A DNA stretch of 58,325 bases from Candidatus Bipolaricaulota bacterium (GCA_040752575.1 JBFMGK010000046.1:1-58325), one strand, 5' to 3'; positions 20,107-29,705 are shown, counted from the stretch's first letter. Translations and numbers: made by a program. The notes: generated by a model not told the origin, from the letters alone.

Positions 20107-20856
20107 ATGATCGAGCTGAGACCGTTCGAATTTGCCCTCGCGGTGCCGTTGTTCGCGAAGATTGAGCACAGCGTCCCGATCGTCTTCTCCGTGCTCGAGA
20201 GAGCGGCAGCGGGCCGGGTCTTCGTGGATCGTGCCGATCGTCCTCGTTCGGCGCTTGTGGCCGTGCGCGGTGCATTCTCCTACGCAATCGGCGAGGAGAC
20301 GGACGACGTCTTCGGTGGCGAGATCGTGACGCACCTGTTCGACGACGTGCTGCCGAGCCAGGAAAAACAGGAGCTCGTCCTCTTCGCGTTCAGCGACGCG
20401 TGGCGCGCGAGGCTCGACGTTCTTCTGGCTCCGAAGGGCGCGATCCGCATCCATCGCAAGACGTTCGCCTGGGATGCAGATCGCGCGCCGGCGTGGCGGC
20501 TGTGGCGCGATCGCATGCCGGCCGGCTATCGGATGGAGTCGACGGCGCTTGCCGAAGGCGACCCGCGGTTCGGTGTTCAACTGATGGGAGGCGAAGGCGA
20601 GGTCATCAGCGAGTGCACGTCCGTGTTCGTCGGCCGCGGCGAGGCCGAGATCGACATCCACACCGACGAGAACCATCGCCAGCTTGGCCTCGGCACGCTC
20701 ACGGCGAGCGCGTTCCTCGAGGAATGCCTGGCCCGCAGTCTTCATCCCAACTGGACCTGTTGGCCTGAACGGGAAGGATCGGTCGCGCTCGCCAAGAAGC
20801 TCGGCTTCATCGAGAAGGCCGACGTGCCCGCCCATCTTTGGGCTCCTGAGCTGTAG
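20107..20856 (+). CDS. GNAT-family acetyltransferase
   Basis: EIDIHTDENHRQLGLG, SVALAKKLGF. Confidence 0.85.
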   Translation: MIELRPFEFALAVPLFAKIEHSVPIVFSVLERAAAGRVFVDRADRPRSALVAVRGAFSYAIGEETDDVFGGEIVTHLFDDVLPSQEKQELVLFAFSDAWRARLDVLLAPKGAIRIHRKTFAWDADRAPAWRLWRDRMPAGYRMESTALAEGDPRFGVQLMGGEGEVISECTSVFVGRGEAEIDIHTDENHRQLGLGTLTASAFLEECLARSLHPNWTCWPEREGSVALAKKLGFIEKADVPAHLWAPEL

Positions 20857-20913
20857 GTGTGGTCTCTGACTCTGGACCAAGTCATCCTTGCGCTGCTCGA
20901 GGAGGGTGACGCA

Positions 20914-21243
20914 ATGAAGATGGTGGGGATTCCGTTTGGCTTGAGCGACTGGTCGAAGATCGAGGCCACGGAGCACTCGGGTACGACGGGCATGGCGTAC
21001 TGGCGCACTCGTCAGTTCGGCGACCTGCGCGTGCGGAGGGTCGAGTACACCGCCGGCTACATGGCCGATCACTGGTGCTCGAAGGGCCACATCCTGCTTT
21101 GTCTCGAAGGTGAGCTTCACGTCGAGCTTCAGGATGGACGGACCTTCACGCTGACCCCTGGCGTCAGCTACCAGGTTGCCGACAACGCCGAACCGCACCG
21201 CTCGCACACAACGACGGGCGTCAAGCTGTTCATTGTCGACTGA
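20914..21243 (+). CDS. DHCW-motif cupin protein
   Basis: RVEYTAGYMADHWCSKGH, HRS. Confidence 0.9.
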   Translation: MKMVGIPFGLSDWSKIEATEHSGTTGMAYWRTRQFGDLRVRRVEYTAGYMADHWCSKGHILLCLEGELHVELQDGRTFTLTPGVSYQVADNAEPHRSHTTTGVKLFIVD

Positions 21244-21333
21244 GATAAGGCTCCCGACGGCGAGGTCGCAGCCGGCTCATGTCGACTCCGACAGGTCCGG
21301 CTAGAATCTCGCGTCTCTGGACGGAGGTTGACC

Positions 21334-22104
21334 GTGCGGAAGAAGTCGGTGCTGCTCCCGATGCTCATCCTTGCGGTGCTGTTGCCGGCGGCCTTGCCCG
21401 TCCACGGCGATGCGGCGGACGTGAGCGCGACGACCATCGGAATCTACGTCGACGCGGGCGCGCATCCGAGCTGCTCGTCGTCGGCGGGTGGGATGTTTCG
21501 TTGGATGGGGTTCACTACGCGTGGGGTGACCGCGGCGGACGTCAACGCCGGAGCGATCGAGGACCTCGCGGCCATCTACTTCCCGGGCGGGTCTTCGCCA
21601 CCCTACATCCAGAACATCACACCCGCCGGGAAGGCCGGTCTGCTGGCGGCGATCGAAGCTGGCATGGCCTTCATCGGAACGTGCGCGGGAGCCATGTTTG
21701 CGGCCGAGGTTCAGGTATGGGAGGGGCGCCGCGGCACGTACGGCCAGCTGGGGGCGTTTCGCGGAGAGGCCGTTGGCCCCGCACCGGGCGTCTGCAGCGG
21801 ACCGAGCGGCGTCTGCGCGACCGACCTTCGCGTGACCGCGGAGTGCTGTGCCGAACAAGGGGCGCCGGAGACGGTCCGCGTGACCTACTACAACAGCCCG
21901 TTCCTCCGTCCCGATCCGGAAAGCGAAACGCTCACGCTCGCAACGTACGCGACGACCGGGGATGCCGCCGTCGTGGCTCAGCCGCGCGGGGCGGGGTGGG
22001 TACTACTGACCGGGCCGCACTTTGAGTGGGAGGCGGAGCCGTCCTGGACCTTCTTGAGACGCGTGACGATCTGGATTCTCGGTCTGTCCGAGGGCGGGGC
22101 GTAG
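21334..22104 (+). CDS. Secreted BPL-N/glutamine amidotransferase-like domain protein
   Basis: Signal peptide; YFPGG, FIGTCAGA, LTGPHFE. Confidence 0.75.
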   Translation: MRKKSVLLPMLILAVLLPAALPVHGDAADVSATTIGIYVDAGAHPSCSSSAGGMFRWMGFTTRGVTAADVNAGAIEDLAAIYFPGGSSPPYIQNITPAGKAGLLAAIEAGMAFIGTCAGAMFAAEVQVWEGRRGTYGQLGAFRGEAVGPAPGVCSGPSGVCATDLRVTAECCAEQGAPETVRVTYYNSPFLRPDPESETLTLATYATTGDAAVVAQPRGAGWVLLTGPHFEWEAEPSWTFLRRVTIWILGLSEGGA

Positions 22105-22138
22105 GCTCTTCCCGAGCTGGGTGGGCCAAGGAGGCGAC

Positions 22139-23101
22139 GTGAATTGCATACGGCGGCTTGCGCGGAGAACAGGTGCTCTCACGTTGGTCTTTCTCTCCGT
22201 CCTGGCGGGGCCGAGCGTTGCCACGGAGCGCGAAACGTACCTGGGCGAGGTGGCTCCTGACGCCACGCCCATCGTCTTCCGCCCTGGGTCCGTGTCCGCC
22301 GACGGGATCGAGATCGCGCTGGCCGTCCACCCGGATGGGTCGGAGGTGTATGTGACGCGCATCACATCCGGCAGAGCCACGATCCTCGTGAGCCAGAAGA
22401 CTGCCGGGGAATGGACACCGCTTGAGCCGGCGCCGTTCTCCGGCCTGCACGATGACGCCGGGGCGTTCATTGCTGCCGACGGGACGAGGCTCTACTTCGC
22501 ATCAAGGCGGCCGGGCGTCGACGAATCGATCCCGCGTGATGCATATCACCTTTGGGTCTCGGTGCGGCGTGACGGCGCGTGGTCCGAACCCACCGAGCTT
22601 CGAATGCCGATCGAATCGAGAGACGGGGAGTCGAGCCCGTCCCTGACACGAGATGGGGTGCTCTACTATCAGGCGGACTACCCCGCGCTCGGCGGCGCAG
22701 GATTCTACGCCACGCGCTTGCTCGACAACGCGACGTGCGCAATGCCCGAGCGCGTGGACGTCTTCCCGAGCGACGACGGCGCAGTCTACGTCGAACCCCA
22801 CATCTCTCCCGACGGGCGGTTCCTGCTGTTCTATTCCGCGGGACGATCCGACAACCTGTCGCCGGCGAGCCGACTGGGCGACCTGTATGTGTCGTTTCGT
22901 GGCGACGGAGATGCCTGGACTCCGGCGCGCAATCTTGGCGCGCCGATCAACTCGGCGATGGAAGAGAGCAGCCCCTCGCTGTCGCCGGACGGCCGATTCC
23001 TGTTCTTCGCGTCGAACCGCGCCGCGCGGAATCGAATGCCGGACATCTACTGGGTATCCCTCGCGGGCATCGACGGCCTGGCGCCGTCTGTCGAGGAGTG
23101 A
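22139..23101 (+). CDS. Secreted PD40/TolB-like beta-propeller protein
   Basis: Repeated SPDG..LF/LYF.S.R motifs; NLGAPINS. Confidence 0.85.
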   Translation: MNCIRRLARRTGALTLVFLSVLAGPSVATERETYLGEVAPDATPIVFRPGSVSADGIEIALAVHPDGSEVYVTRITSGRATILVSQKTAGEWTPLEPAPFSGLHDDAGAFIAADGTRLYFASRRPGVDESIPRDAYHLWVSVRRDGAWSEPTELRMPIESRDGESSPSLTRDGVLYYQADYPALGGAGFYATRLLDNATCAMPERVDVFPSDDGAVYVEPHISPDGRFLLFYSAGRSDNLSPASRLGDLYVSFRGDGDAWTPARNLGAPINSAMEESSPSLSPDGRFLFFASNRAARNRMPDIYWVSLAGIDGLAPSVEE

Positions 23102-23136
23102 CGAGCCACGAACGGCGCGGTGCACTGGAGGTCTTG

Positions 23137-23523
23137 ATGAAACGAGTCACGGGGATCGGCGGGATCTTCTTCACGGCCAAGGATCCGGCGGCGTTGCGTG
23201 CGTGGTACGAGAGGCACCTGGGCATCCTTCTGGAGACGTGGGGCGGGGCTGTCTTCTCGTGGCGCGATGAGGAGGGTCGCCCTGTGGGAGGCACCACGGT
23301 CTGGAGCATCAACGCAGTCAGTGCTGATTCCGCCTCTTCGAGCCGGGCTCCGTTCATGGTGAACTACCGGGTTGCCGACCTCCACGCGCTTGTGGCCCTG
23401 CTGAAGGCAGAAGGTTGCGATGTGCTCGACAAGATGGAGGAGTCGGAGTACGGCAAGTTCGCCTGGGTCATGGACCCCGAAGGGAACAAGGTCGAACTCT
23501 GGGAGCCGCCGGCAGGGCAGTAG
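23137..23523 (+). CDS. VOC/glyoxalase-family protein
   Basis: MKRVTGIGGIFF, WYERHLG, YGKFAWVMDPEGNKVELWEP. Confidence 0.92.
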   Translation: MKRVTGIGGIFFTAKDPAALRAWYERHLGILLETWGGAVFSWRDEEGRPVGGTTVWSINAVSADSASSSRAPFMVNYRVADLHALVALLKAEGCDVLDKMEESEYGKFAWVMDPEGNKVELWEPPAGQ

Positions 23524-23553
23524 GCTCCTGCGGGGGCGCGGTCGGGCGTCGGT

Positions 23554-24117
23554 GTGATCTCTCCGGGTGCGTTGCGAGGTGGCGAAGCGATAGGCGCGAG
23601 AGACGTGATCCAGATCATCGAGCGACTGTCGGCTTCCGGCATCCAAGTCTGGGTCTGCGGCGGCTGGGGCATCGACGTCTTGCTCGGACGAGAGACGCGG
23701 CCCCACAAGGACCTCGACATCCTCGTGCGGCTCGACGACATCGTCCGAGCGCGGACGCTTCTTGAAGCGGACGGGTACAGGCTGACAGAGATCTGGTCAG
23801 AAAACCGGCGCGCGGGTGACGTACACGGCGTCGAGACCGACACCGCCTTCGTCCTCGAGGACGCGGCCGGTCGCCAGATCGACCTCCACGCCATCTCGCT
23901 CATGCCTGATGGGGGTGCGTTTCCCGCCTACGACGGCGAGGGGATGACCTTCAGCGCCGACGACCTCTCCGGCAAAGGCACGATCGCCGGCTTCCCCGTC
24001 CAGTGCCTTAGCGTCAGGATGCAGTTCCGCGGTCACACCGGCTACAAGCTACCCGAGCGGCAGGTTGCCGATCTCGAGCTCTTGCGCGAGAGGTTTGGAC
24101 CCGAGCGAGCGACGTAG
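23554..24117 (+). CDS. Lnu/ANT(2'')-like nucleotidyltransferase
   Basis: WVCGGWGIDVLLGRETRPHKDLD, IDLH, HTGY. Confidence 0.8.
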   Translation: MISPGALRGGEAIGARDVIQIIERLSASGIQVWVCGGWGIDVLLGRETRPHKDLDILVRLDDIVRARTLLEADGYRLTEIWSENRRAGDVHGVETDTAFVLEDAAGRQIDLHAISLMPDGGAFPAYDGEGMTFSADDLSGKGTIAGFPVQCLSVRMQFRGHTGYKLPERQVADLELLRERFGPERAT

Positions 24118-24240
24118 CCTACATGCGTGACGCTCGCTTCTTGCGCCAGTGTCTGACAGGGCGCGACGTTCCGCTCTTGCAGCACATACCATGAAAATGC
24201 CGCTTGGCATGCGCGATATTCATGGTACAATGGCAGCACC

Positions 24241-25401
24241 GTGATCCCTAGACGAAGCACTCTCGACGCGATCCAGAACGCCCTTGCTCGCAGCCCAGTT
24301 GCCGTTCTCACTGGACCGCGTCAATGCGGCAAGACCACGCTGGCGCGTGAGCTCGTGCCCGAGGACTCCGTCAACTACTTCGACCTCGAAGACCCGGCCA
24401 GTCTTGCACGGCTTGACGAGCCCATGACGGCGCTTGGGCCTCTCCGGGGATTGGTCGTGATCGACGAGATCCAGCGCCGGCCGGACCTCTTCCCCGTGCT
24501 GCGCGTGTTGGTCGATCGGCGCGACCGTTCGGCGCGTTTCCTGATCCTCGGCAGCGCTTCGGGGGACCTGCTGCGGCAGAGCTCCGAGAGTCTGGCGGGC
24601 CGCGTGGAGCGGATTGAGATCGGCGGCTTCACCTTGGCCGAGCTCGGGCCTGAGTCATCGCACACCCTGTGGCGACGCGGCGGCCTGCCGCTTTCTTACC
24701 TCGCGCGTACAGAGCAGGACAGCCTCGCCTGGCGCAGGCAGTTCATGCGAACGCTGATGGAGCGCGACCTGCCCCAGTGGGGCGTGCGGGTCCCGGCGGC
24801 GGCCTTGCAGCGGTTCTGGACGATGGTGGCGCACTACCACGGGCAAATCTGGAACGCTGCCGAACCGGCTCGAGCGTTGGGCGTCAATCCCTCGACCTGC
24901 CGCCGCTACCTCGACGTCCTGACCGATGCCATGATGATCCGCCAGCTCCTGCCTTGGCACGCAAACGTGGGCAAGAGACAAGTCAAGTCACCCAAGGTCT
25001 ATGTGCGCGACAGCGGCCTTCTGCACCAAATGCTGGGGCTGGGGACAGAGAAGGCGGTCTTCAGCCACCCCAAGCTGGGCGCTTCGTGGGAGGGCTTCGT
25101 CATCGAGCAGGTCCTCGCTGTGGAGCCTCACGACGACGCCTGGTTCTGGGCGACACACCAGGGAGCGGAGATCGACCTGATCCTCCGGCGGGGCGACCAG
25201 CTCTTGGGAGTGGAGTGCAAGCGCACCGACGCGCCGCGCCTAACGCCGTCGATCCGCATCGCATTGGCCGATCTAGGCCTGGCGCGGGTAAGCGTCATCT
25301 ACCCCGGCGACAAGCGGTACCCCATTGCCGATCGTGTCGAGGCCGTACCGCTTCGGACGCTGGCCGTGCCAGGCAAGCTCTTCCCGAAGGGCATCGCGTG
25401 A
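24241..25401 (+). CDS. AAA_14 ATPase with DUF4143 domain
   Basis: GPRQCGKTT, IDEIQ, LGS, ESLAGR, KSPKVYVRDSG, GAEIDL..VECK. Confidence 0.92.
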   Translation: MIPRRSTLDAIQNALARSPVAVLTGPRQCGKTTLARELVPEDSVNYFDLEDPASLARLDEPMTALGPLRGLVVIDEIQRRPDLFPVLRVLVDRRDRSARFLILGSASGDLLRQSSESLAGRVERIEIGGFTLAELGPESSHTLWRRGGLPLSYLARTEQDSLAWRRQFMRTLMERDLPQWGVRVPAAALQRFWTMVAHYHGQIWNAAEPARALGVNPSTCRRYLDVLTDAMMIRQLLPWHANVGKRQVKSPKVYVRDSGLLHQMLGLGTEKAVFSHPKLGASWEGFVIEQVLAVEPHDDAWFWATHQGAEIDLILRRGDQLLGVECKRTDAPRLTPSIRIALADLGLARVSVIYPGDKRYPIADRVEAVPLRTLAVPGKLFPKGIA

Positions 25402-25478
25402 CGTCGCAAGGGGCTCAGGACGAGAAGAGATCGCGGTGGCCGGCGAGGCAGTGTGACCCGGGCGGCGCGATGAGGCGA

Positions 25479-25853
25479 TCAGAGCGCGCCGAAGCGTTCG
25501 GCGTCGAGCGGGCTGATCACGCCGATTCCTGGCTGCTGCATGACGTGCGTGTAGATCATCGTCGTCTGGACATCCTTGTGGCCGAGAAGCTCCTGCACGG
25601 TGCGGATGTCGTACCCAGCTTCAAGGAGGTGCGTGGCGAATGAGTGGCGAAAGGTGTGACACGTGACGCGTTTCCTGAGGCCTGCATCCGCCGCAGCCTG
25701 TTTGACAGCACGAGAAAGGGTACTCGGGTGCATGTACCACGTCTGCCATCGCCCTGAGTCTGGGTCGCGGACGCAGTTGCGGGATGGAAACAGGAACTGC
25801 CACCCAAGCTCCTTCGGGGCCGTTGGCCGCTTGTGCTCAACCGAGGCAGGCAC
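25479..25853 (-). pseudogene. intI: Integron integrase, C-terminal fragment
   Basis: [17 protein letters not shown] (integron-type insertion), [45 protein letters not shown]. Confidence 0.9.
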
Positions 25854-25876
25854 CCCGCGGCGTAGGGGTCGGCGTA

Positions 25877-26798
25877 GGGGTCAGATCTTCATTCTTCGTT
25901 TCGCTTCGAGTAGACTGGCGCCATGGCACGACCGCTGCGTCTGGAGTACGAGGGAGCTGTCTATCACATCACGAGCCGCGGCAACGCGCGCCAGGACATC
26001 TTCCTCGTCGATCCAGACCGGGAGTTGTTCCTGCAGACCCTCGCAGACACGGCTCAGCGCTTCGGCTGGATCTGCCACGCCTACTGCCTGATGACGAACC
26101 ACTATCATCTGCTTGTCGAGACGCCGGAGGCGAATCTGTCGCGCGGGATGCGGCACCTGAACGGCGTCTACACCCAGGCCTTCAACCGGCGTCATCTGCG
26201 TACTGGCCACGTGCTGCAGGGCCGATTCAAGTCGATCGTGGTCGAGAAAGAGAGCCACCTCCTCGAACTGGCACGGTACATCGTCCTGAACCCGGTGCGT
26301 GCCAAGATGGTTCGGTCAGCAAAGGACTGGCCGTGGTCGAGCTACCGTGCGACAGCGGCACTCGTCGATGCTCCGCCCTTCCTGGTGGCAGACTGGATCC
26401 TGAAGCAGTTCCATCGCGACCCGCGCCTCGCGACGAGGGTGTACCGCAGATTCGTCAAGGAAGGGCGCGACGTCGATGCCTGGACTGAACTGCGCGGTGG
26501 GATACTGCTCGGAGGAGACGACTTCGTTGCCGAACTCAAGCCGTTGCTTTCGGACTACGAGGCGGTCCGTGAGTTGCCGCGGCGCGAGCGGCTTGCCGCA
26601 CGGCCGAGCCTGGCGGAGCTGTTCTCGGGTGCGCACGACAGGGAGGAGCGAGACCGACAGATCCACGCCGCCACACGGATCCATGAGTACACGCTGCAAG
26701 AGGTCGCGGCCTTCGCCGGTCTGCGACCGTCCACCATCAGCACGATCGCGACACGCATCGCGCGGACGACCCGATACGAAGAGTGAAGATCTGACCCC
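25877..26798. mobile_element. 922-bp element: HUH transposase bracketed by 27-bp terminal inverted repeats
   Basis: GGGGTCAGATCTTCATTCTTCGTTTCG (25877-25903) vs reverse complement of 26772-26798, 25/27 identical. Confidence 0.85.
25923..26786 (+). CDS. Y1 HUH (RAYT-like) tyrosine transposase
   Basis: YHITSRGN, AYCLMTNHYHLL, YIVLNPVRA, WPWSSY; C-terminal HTH-like segment. Confidence 0.93.
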   Translation: MARPLRLEYEGAVYHITSRGNARQDIFLVDPDRELFLQTLADTAQRFGWICHAYCLMTNHYHLLVETPEANLSRGMRHLNGVYTQAFNRRHLRTGHVLQGRFKSIVVEKESHLLELARYIVLNPVRAKMVRSAKDWPWSSYRATAALVDAPPFLVADWILKQFHRDPRLATRVYRRFVKEGRDVDAWTELRGGILLGGDDFVAELKPLLSDYEAVRELPRRERLAARPSLAELFSGAHDREERDRQIHAATRIHEYTLQEVAAFAGLRPSTISTIATRIARTTRYEE

Positions 26799-26831
26799 AT
26801 GGCGTTGCTGCGTTTGCTCTAGGAGCTTCAT
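26799..26831 (-). pseudogene. Possible N-terminal stub of intI
   Basis: MKLLEQTQQRH resembles the typical IntI start (KLLDQVR..); same strand as C-terminal fragment, abuts right TIR. Confidence 0.45.
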
Positions 26832-26986
26832 GATTGTAGGCTGGCATGCGAGGATGCGTATGTCGGTGCTTGAGGAGATCGGCATGAGGAAAGGCGGATG
26901 TCAGGGCGATGAGGTGCAATGTGCCCCTGACGTGCTCGTGTGAGTGCTCGCACGCTAATCATGCCTAGAGAGCAGGGCGGTGAGAA

Positions 26987-27709
26987 ATGTACGTGACGAT
27001 GAATGCCCATCCTCTGACAGTGATCATCATCGTGAGCACACTGATGATCACGCCGCTCTACATGTTCGCCACCTTCGCATTCAGCGGGGCATCCCGGGCG
27101 AAGGGCATGCGACTGGGCGTTGCTGCCCTCGTCATGGGTGCCTTCATGTTCTGGGTGTGCATCGGAGACGTGCCGCGTCGGGCAGGTCTGCCCGGAAACC
27201 TGATCGTGCCGGCGGCTTGGATCATCCCCAGCCTCCTTCTTCTCATCTCGCGGCATCGGGTTCTGTCGGAGCCGCTCTCCCAGAGGTGGCTGATCGGGCT
27301 TCAGCTATTCCGATCTATAGGCGCGCTCTTCCTTCTGGAGATGGCTCGGGGCAAGATCCCAGGCATCTTCGCCTACCCGGCCGGAGTCGGTGATGTCATC
27401 GCAGCCCTTGTAGCGCTTGCAGTCCTCGTTCGCTTCGGCCGACGTGAGAGCATTCCGCGCCGCGCTGTCGCCCTTGTGATCATCGTAGGAGTGGCGGACC
27501 TCCTGAGCGCCTTCTTCTTCGGCTTCTTCTCCTCAGAGACGCCGGTGCAACTGTTCTTCCCGGCAGTCGCAAACAACGTAGTGACGTTCCCCACGGGGCT
27601 CATTCCGTTGTTTTTAGTGCTCTATGCGATCTTCTTCCACGTTCTGTCGGGCTTGAATCAGATGATGCATGGAGAGCGCGGCTCGACGCGGGACGCTGGA
27701 GCATCATGA
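26987..27709 (+). CDS. Hypothetical multi-pass membrane protein (cassette 1)
   Basis: Several hydrophobic segments; LQLFRSIG..F, FAYPAGVGD; attC follows. Confidence 0.75.
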   Translation: MYVTMNAHPLTVIIIVSTLMITPLYMFATFAFSGASRAKGMRLGVAALVMGAFMFWVCIGDVPRRAGLPGNLIVPAAWIIPSLLLLISRHRVLSEPLSQRWLIGLQLFRSIGALFLLEMARGKIPGIFAYPAGVGDVIAALVALAVLVRFGRRESIPRRAVALVIIVGVADLLSAFFFGFFSSETPVQLFFPAVANNVVTFPTGLIPLFLVLYAIFFHVLSGLNQMMHGERGSTRDAGAS

Positions 27710-27718
27710 CCTCCGGTG

Positions 27719-27776
27719 TCCAAACAACGGCATGCAGCGGACGGCGCTGCGCCGCCGCTGAATCGCAGCGTTGAGG
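27719..27776 (+). other. Degenerate attC site 1
   Basis: TCCAAAC...CATGCAGCGGACGGCGCTGCGCCGCCGCTGAATC...GTTGAGG; R''/L''/L'/R' layout. Confidence 0.7.
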
Positions 27777-27800
27777 CTCCCAACTTGCGCCGTGAATTGG

Positions 27801-28160
27801 ATGGCAGAATTCCCGAACGACGAATAGCGCCGCGTCATCGAGCACCTGCACGGGCCGATCCTTGCGCGGTCCAAAGCATTCTACGAGGACATCCTGGGAC
27901 TCGTACCGAATGGCAATTACGAACGCTGGCAGGGCTATGAAGTCGCTGGCCGTTCCGGGTTTGGTATCAATGAAGATCCGAGTCTGTGCCGCTCTCGGTG
28001 CCTGGATATCATCCACTTCATCGTTACGGACATAGATATGATGTGTGAAAGACTGGAAGATGCGGTGCGTGTTGAGTTCACTCTGCAGGTTGTGCTGTGG
28101 GGTGCGAGGAAAGTTGCTATTCTTGACCCAGACGGTATGCGTATGGGATTCCTAGAATGA
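27801..28160 (+). pseudogene. VOC/glyoxalase cassette gene with damaged 5' end
   Basis: LARSKAFYEDILGL...WGARKVAILDPDGMRMGFLE; in-frame TAG at 27825-27827; lower GC. Confidence 0.7.
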
Positions 28161-28465
28161 AAGGAGCGGACATGGATAAGACGCAAATGGCTTACTGCGG
28201 AACCTACTGTGGCGAGTGCACGTGGAAGGAGAAGACGGGGTGCAAGGGTTGCCAGGATGCGCAAGGAAACATGTTTTGGGGCGAATGTGCGGTTGCCAAA
28301 TGCGCTATCGAGAAGGGATTCGCGCATTGTGGCGCCTGTGCCGAGGTGCCTTGCGTCAAACTGCAGAGTGTATTCGACCATCCAGACCACGGCGACAAGG
28401 GAGAACGACTGGCAAACCTCCATGCATGGGCAAGAGGTGAAGACACATATACCAAGGCGTTCTAG
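28157..28465 (+). CDS. Cys-rich DUF3795-like protein (cassette)
   Basis: CGTYCGEC..CKGC..CAVAKCA..HCGAC..PC; lower GC; alternative start at 28172. Confidence 0.85.
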   Translation: MKGADMDKTQMAYCGTYCGECTWKEKTGCKGCQDAQGNMFWGECAVAKCAIEKGFAHCGACAEVPCVKLQSVFDHPDHGDKGERLANLHAWARGEDTYTKAF

Positions 28466-28519
28466 CAACCGCATGCAGCGGACGCGGACAAGCCGCGCCG
28501 CTGATGCGGGCCGTTATGC
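28460..28519 (+). other. attC site 2
   Basis: TTCTAGC (overlaps stop)...ATGCAGC/GCTGAT with extrahelical G...GTTATGC; 60 bp. Confidence 0.8.
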
Positions 28520-28533
28520 GCAGCAAGGGCGAC

Positions 28534-28584
28534 GGGGTCGGGTCTTGCAATCACGCATTCATGACTGTCTTGCAGCCTGATCCC
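28534..28584. repeat. Short imperfect palindrome with GGGGTC-type ends
   Basis: GGGGTCGGGTCTTGCAA ... TTGCAGCCTGATCCC. Confidence 0.45.
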
Positions 28585-28715
28585 TGCGGCCTGTCGTAGG
28601 CGTCAGGCCGGAGCCGGAAGCGGTCCACTCCTAGGGCAGTTGCCGCACGTGCTCGCTCGCCGTAGGCTCGCGTCCACGTACGCCCGTCGTAGGCGACGGA
28701 ACAAGGAGACGATCG

Positions 28716-29705
28716 ATGGACTCGAGACCCAGCCCGACGAGGCCTGTAGGCTCAGTGACGTGCCGTTCCTATGAGACCGGAGCCGATCTTCGCGAGATGT
28801 ACGGCCTCCTCATGGCCGGGCGCTCACAGACGAACGACTGGCGCTACTGGCACGTGGGCGAACTCGCGTTCGGCTTCTTCATGATCGACTGCCACCTCGA
28901 TCCGCGGAAGCACGTCCGGCTGTGGCATGCGGGTGAGAAGCTCGTCGGGTACGCGACGCTGAACGATGACCCGTTCTTCGATTGGCAGGTTCTTCCTGAG
29001 TTCGAGGGGAGAGGAATCGAGGACGAGGCGCTGGCGTGGGCCGAGGGGCTGGTTGCCGAGCTGCGCGCCGCGGACTCCGAGCGCTGGAAGGAGCCGATGG
29101 TCGTCGGCGCGCGGATCGATCACGCCGAGCGGATCGCCGTCCTCGAGCAGAACGGCTTCCAGCGTCGCGAGTACATCGAGGTCAACATGCTGCGTTCCCT
29201 AACGGACCCGATCGGCGCGCAGACGCTGCCTCCCGGCTACATGGTCCGCTCGCTCGCCGACGACCCGGCCGAAGTCTCCCTTCGGGCCGAGGCACAGCGC
29301 GAAGTGTGGCGGCCGTGGACGGTCGGCGATGTCACCAACGAGCAGTACGCGCGGTTCATGCGCATGCCGGGCTACGACCGGGACCTCGACGTGGTGGCTG
29401 TCGCAGCGGACGGGACAATCGCCGCGTACGTGAACGGCTGGCTCGACCCGGTCAACACGATTGGCGACGTGGGTCCCGTGGGCGCACGCGAGGCGTATCG
29501 CCGGCAGGGCCTGACGCGAGCGGTATTGCTCGAGTGCCTACGCCGGATGAAGGCGCGAGGGATGGATCGCGTCTGCATCTCAACCGGCGAAGGCAACGTC
29601 GCCGCGCGCAACCTCTACGAGTCGATCGGGTTCCGGATCGTGAATCGGTACGTCGAGTACGCGGGGGCATCGTGGAGCGGAACGGGACGGGCTGGCTCTT
29701 CCTAG
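28716..29705 (+). CDS. Tandem-domain GNAT acetyltransferase
   Basis: GPVGAREAYRRQGLTRA, NVAARNLYESIGF; RBS AAGGAG. Confidence 0.9.
   Translation: MDSRPSPTRPVGSVTCRSYETGADLREMYGLLMAGRSQTNDWRYWHVGELAFGFFMIDCHLDPRKHVRLWHAGEKLVGYATLNDDPFFDWQVLPEFEGRGIEDEALAWAEGLVAELRAADSERWKEPMVVGARIDHAERIAVLEQNGFQRREYIEVNMLRSLTDPIGAQTLPPGYMVRSLADDPAEVSLRAEAQREVWRPWTVGDVTNEQYARFMRMPGYDRDLDVVAVAADGTIAAYVNGWLDPVNTIGDVGPVGAREAYRRQGLTRAVLLECLRRMKARGMDRVCISTGEGNVAARNLYESIGFRIVNRYVEYAGASWSGTGRAGSS

Noticed and set aside
27825..27827. In-frame TAG as pyrrolysine recoding
   Set aside because: Surrounding 5' sequence looks degraded and no pyl genes are seen; pseudogenisation is simpler
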